From NCBI GenBank assembly GCA_964248365.1, contig CAXTYC010000019.1, forward strand, positions 35,037 through 99,036: a stretch of 64,000 bases of DNA. Direction: 5' to 3'. This stretch comes from an uncultured Chroococcidiopsis sp. (GTDB taxonomy: Bacteria > Cyanobacteriota > Cyanobacteriia > Cyanobacteriales > Chroococcidiopsidaceae). Shown here in pieces: positions 61,259 to 64,000 of the stretch. Numbering within the stretch: position 1 is the stretch's first letter; each line of letters opens with the position of its first letter. Both the position numbers and the translations under genes were made by a program. Under the pieces are notes generated by a model, which ran no database searches, was not told the origin of the DNA, and was given only the letters and a program-made list of their open reading frames with translations.

Positions 61259-61377
61259 GCCTTTATGTCCCCTCTAGTTGTAGCGGGGCTTTTTCGCGTA
61301 ATTTGTTGAAGGCTTGAGTGTAATTATTAGTGTAATGGTACTTACTAATCGCTCGTTGATAGTGTGCTCAAAACGTT

Positions 61378-62088
61378 GGTAGGCTATATAAGTAGGAGCT
61401 TAAAAGATAGGGTCAAGTGAGTATTGGGGGTTTGCTGATGGCCGTTTGGCTTCCTGTTCTGTGTCCAGATTGTAGCTCGGATGACATTATTAAGCATGGT
61501 AAATTGGCCACAGGCAGGCAACGTTATCTCTGTCAGAATCCGGAGTGTCTTCGCCGCACTTTCGTGCTTAATACACAACAGCCAGGATGGAAGCGGGAGA
61601 TCAAGCAAAAAATTGTTGAGATGGCTCTCAACGGAAGTGGCGTTAGAGATACCGCTCGCGTGTTGTACGTAAGTCCGGCAACAGTCATTAGAGAGTTAAA
61701 AAAAATTGCCACAGCTCAAACCAATAAATCAGAAGCTATTAGAGACGCTCAAACCTGAGCAAGTAGAGGTAGAAATTAGGCTAGTTGAAGAAGAGGTAGA
61801 CAAAGGAATTGAAGAATCGGAACTGGACCAGATGTGGAGCTATGTCAGTAAGAAAACCAATCAACGGTGGCTTTGGCATGCCAAAGTTGAACGCCGGACA
61901 GGACAAGTTCTAGCTTACGCATTCGGACAGCGAAAAGACGAAGTTTTCATGCAGCTCAAAAAGCTATTAGAACCATTGAGTATTAAGAAGTATGCATGCA
62001 GATGGCTGGGGAGCTTATCAACGCCATTTATCTGCACAAGAGCATGAAATTGGGAAAAGAAAAACGCACAGAATTGAACGGAAACATC
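61378..62088 (+). mobile_element. IS1-family element (InsA/InsB), degenerate and 3'-truncated
   Basis: InsA CPDC...GRQRYLC...NGSGVRDTARVL; A8 slippery site near 61698; InsB ELDQMWSYV..QRWLW, DGWGAY after an additional frameshift. Confidence 0.9.
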
Positions 62089-63052
62089 CAGGGTGTATTT
62101 TCGGAAACTGTAATTTTATCTGTTGTAATCTCCCAGAATCTAACCGTTCTCCGCTGCCCGAAAACTATCTCTCTAATAAATCTTTCTTCAGATTTGCTAT
62201 TCGATAAAACACGGTCAAATTTCTTCCATCGCCTATACCTTACTCTAGCACCTGAAGGCATCAAGACACCATGATTACTACGAAACTTTAAGAGGCGGGG
62301 ACACCTCGCCTCACGTTTCTTACGAATAGCAACGATATAGTTGAGTTGGTACTTGTCCAGGGCATTGATAAATTCGCTATCACCAGATAAACTATCTGCT
62401 AAAACTAATTCAAAATTAAAACCAAGAGTTCGTAGTGCTTCAATTATTTCTACTGCTAGTTGTGGTTTGCTCTTGTACTTATCTTCCTCTTGCCATCTTT
62501 TTTTGGGTGGAAATACTTTAAATACCAGTGGGATAATTCCTGGGAAAATACCATAGGCATTAACTGAAACTATACCGTTTTCTATCTTCCCCTTTCCTAT
62601 ATACTGGCGGTCTACATAGTCAGTCGTTGTACCTTTCTTTTTATCCCCTGTCTCATCAATACACAGCATAAATGATGCTCCATTTAATGCTCTCAGTAAT
62701 AGCTTTAATCTTCTATTTCTTAGTTGTTCCACATCCCAAGGAGATTTTGATAAAAAATGGTGTAGAGATTGACTATCAACTAATCCAACTGCACGAGCAA
62801 TTGCTGGTAGCGTTTTTCTTTTGATTTCAGAAATCATCCCCAAATGTAAATATTTAAAACACTCAAAACTTCTGACTTCTGGAAATAAATCTTGGTACAA
62901 TTTACAGTACTCATCAATAAACGATACTGTTTCAATTGCTGGTCGCGCTTTGTGTTGCAGTACTTCAAGTGGTACATCCATGATGACTTGCCGCTTTCAA
63001 CGTTCCAAACACACCCTTTCTTATATTTTACTTCTTGGAGAGTAACTAAAGA
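62089..63052 (-). mobile_element. IS701-family transposase fragment, 3'-truncated
   Basis: SLHHFLSKSPW, IDETGDKKKG.TTDYVDRQYIG, VLADS; boundaries approximate. Confidence 0.88.
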
Positions 63053-63066
63053 GGGATAACAACACT

Positions 63067-63950
63067 TTGAGAACACCACCTAAAGAAGCAATAGTAGCTT
63101 ATCAGCAAGCTGTCAATACCCTCCAGTCGCTTCGCTACGATTTAGTTGCCATTAATCCACAGGCACAGTTTGACTTTCGAGAACAAGTTGAACCAGTTTA
63201 TCGGCAGCTAGTCGAGTTACTTTTGCAGCCACAGGGGAACTCCCAACCAAGTGAAGATAATCTCCGTCAAGCTCGTGACACGATTGAAGCGCTGCAATTG
63301 GCAGAACTAACAACTTCTTTCGGGAAGCCTGTTTAGGTTCATTATCCCAAATTGACCAAATTCTCGACCAAAAAGACCAAACAGCAGCAGTTATTTATCC
63401 AATTATATTACCAGACCGACTTGAAGTAATCGTCAAGTTGCCACGAAAACCTTTAGTGCACTATGCTACTGCTATCCCTCAAAAACAAGTCGAAAGCATT
63501 TTATATAAACTCAGACAAAACTTGGTAGAACCAAGTAGCACAGCGATCGCAGAAGCTAAGTCTATATCTCAACAGCTATACAACTGGTTAATCAAACCTG
63601 CGGCAACTGAATTAACCCAAACGAAAATCAGAACACTGGTGTTTGTACTATATGGTTCCTTACGGAATGTTCCAATGGCAGCTCTTTACGACGGCAAACA
63701 ATATCTGATTGAGCAGTATGGGATTGCACTTACCCCTGGTTTGCAACTGATTAATCCCAAACCGTTGCAGAAGCAAAAATTAAGGGCAATAGCTGCCGGA
63801 TTGTCCCAACCACTTCACGGATTCGCTCCTTTACCCAACATTAAGCGTGAATTAGAAGAAATTCACTCGCAGATCTCCAGTAACATACTTCTTAACAATC
63901 AATTCACTAGCAAGGCTCTGCAAAACAAGATTAATTCTCAGCCTTTCTCT
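63067..63950 (+). pseudogene. TPR-CHAT domain protein fragment (5'-truncated by IS701, frameshifted)
   Basis: FREQVEPVYRQLVELLL, IEALQLAEL, frameshift near 63310, LRNVPMAALYDGKQYLIE..IALTPGLQL. Confidence 0.82.
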
Positions 63951-64000
63951 ATAGAACCCAAATGGGATCTATGCATTTGCTAGCCGTTTGAGCATCAATC

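Overview
Cyanobacterial chromosomal window: the HIP1 octamer GCGATCGC is abundant, heptamer STRR-type tandem repeats are common, and several REP-like palindrome families are present. From left to right: (1) 1-15.2 kb, mostly housekeeping genes on the minus strand (Uma2 fragment, Zn-ADH, GT4, MoeB with a JAB peptidase, LivF-like ATPase, two tandem 7Fe-type ferredoxins, hisZ, DnaJ-TPR, IMPase, SNase, Fed2-like ferredoxin, tRNA-Ser, PiT transporter), plus a ~250-bp coding-less IS200/IS605-type element. (2) 15.8-27.2 kb, a HetC-like C39-peptidase ABC exporter, HlyD and a HetP-family gene. These are followed by seven small double-glycine-leader peptides (five in a tandem array, four with curlin-like N-x-[AS]-x-[IV]-x-Q motifs), a PpiC-like foldase, a Ser/Thr-rich small protein and a convergent PEP-CTERM protein; this is a candidate secreted functional-amyloid system. 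(3) 28-48.6 kb, general stress, desiccation and carbon genes. (4) 48.8-51.2 kb, two tandem non-canonical tRNA-like RNAs and a ~450-nt region with long-range base-pairing, upstream of a slipin (SPFH) gene; this is a candidate ncRNA system. (5) 55-64 kb, a decaying region of pseudogenes and truncated mobile elements (SDRs, aquaporin, group II intron 3' end, Mrr-like nuclease, IS1, IS701, CHAT). All calls come from reading motifs by eye; no searches or folding programs were run.
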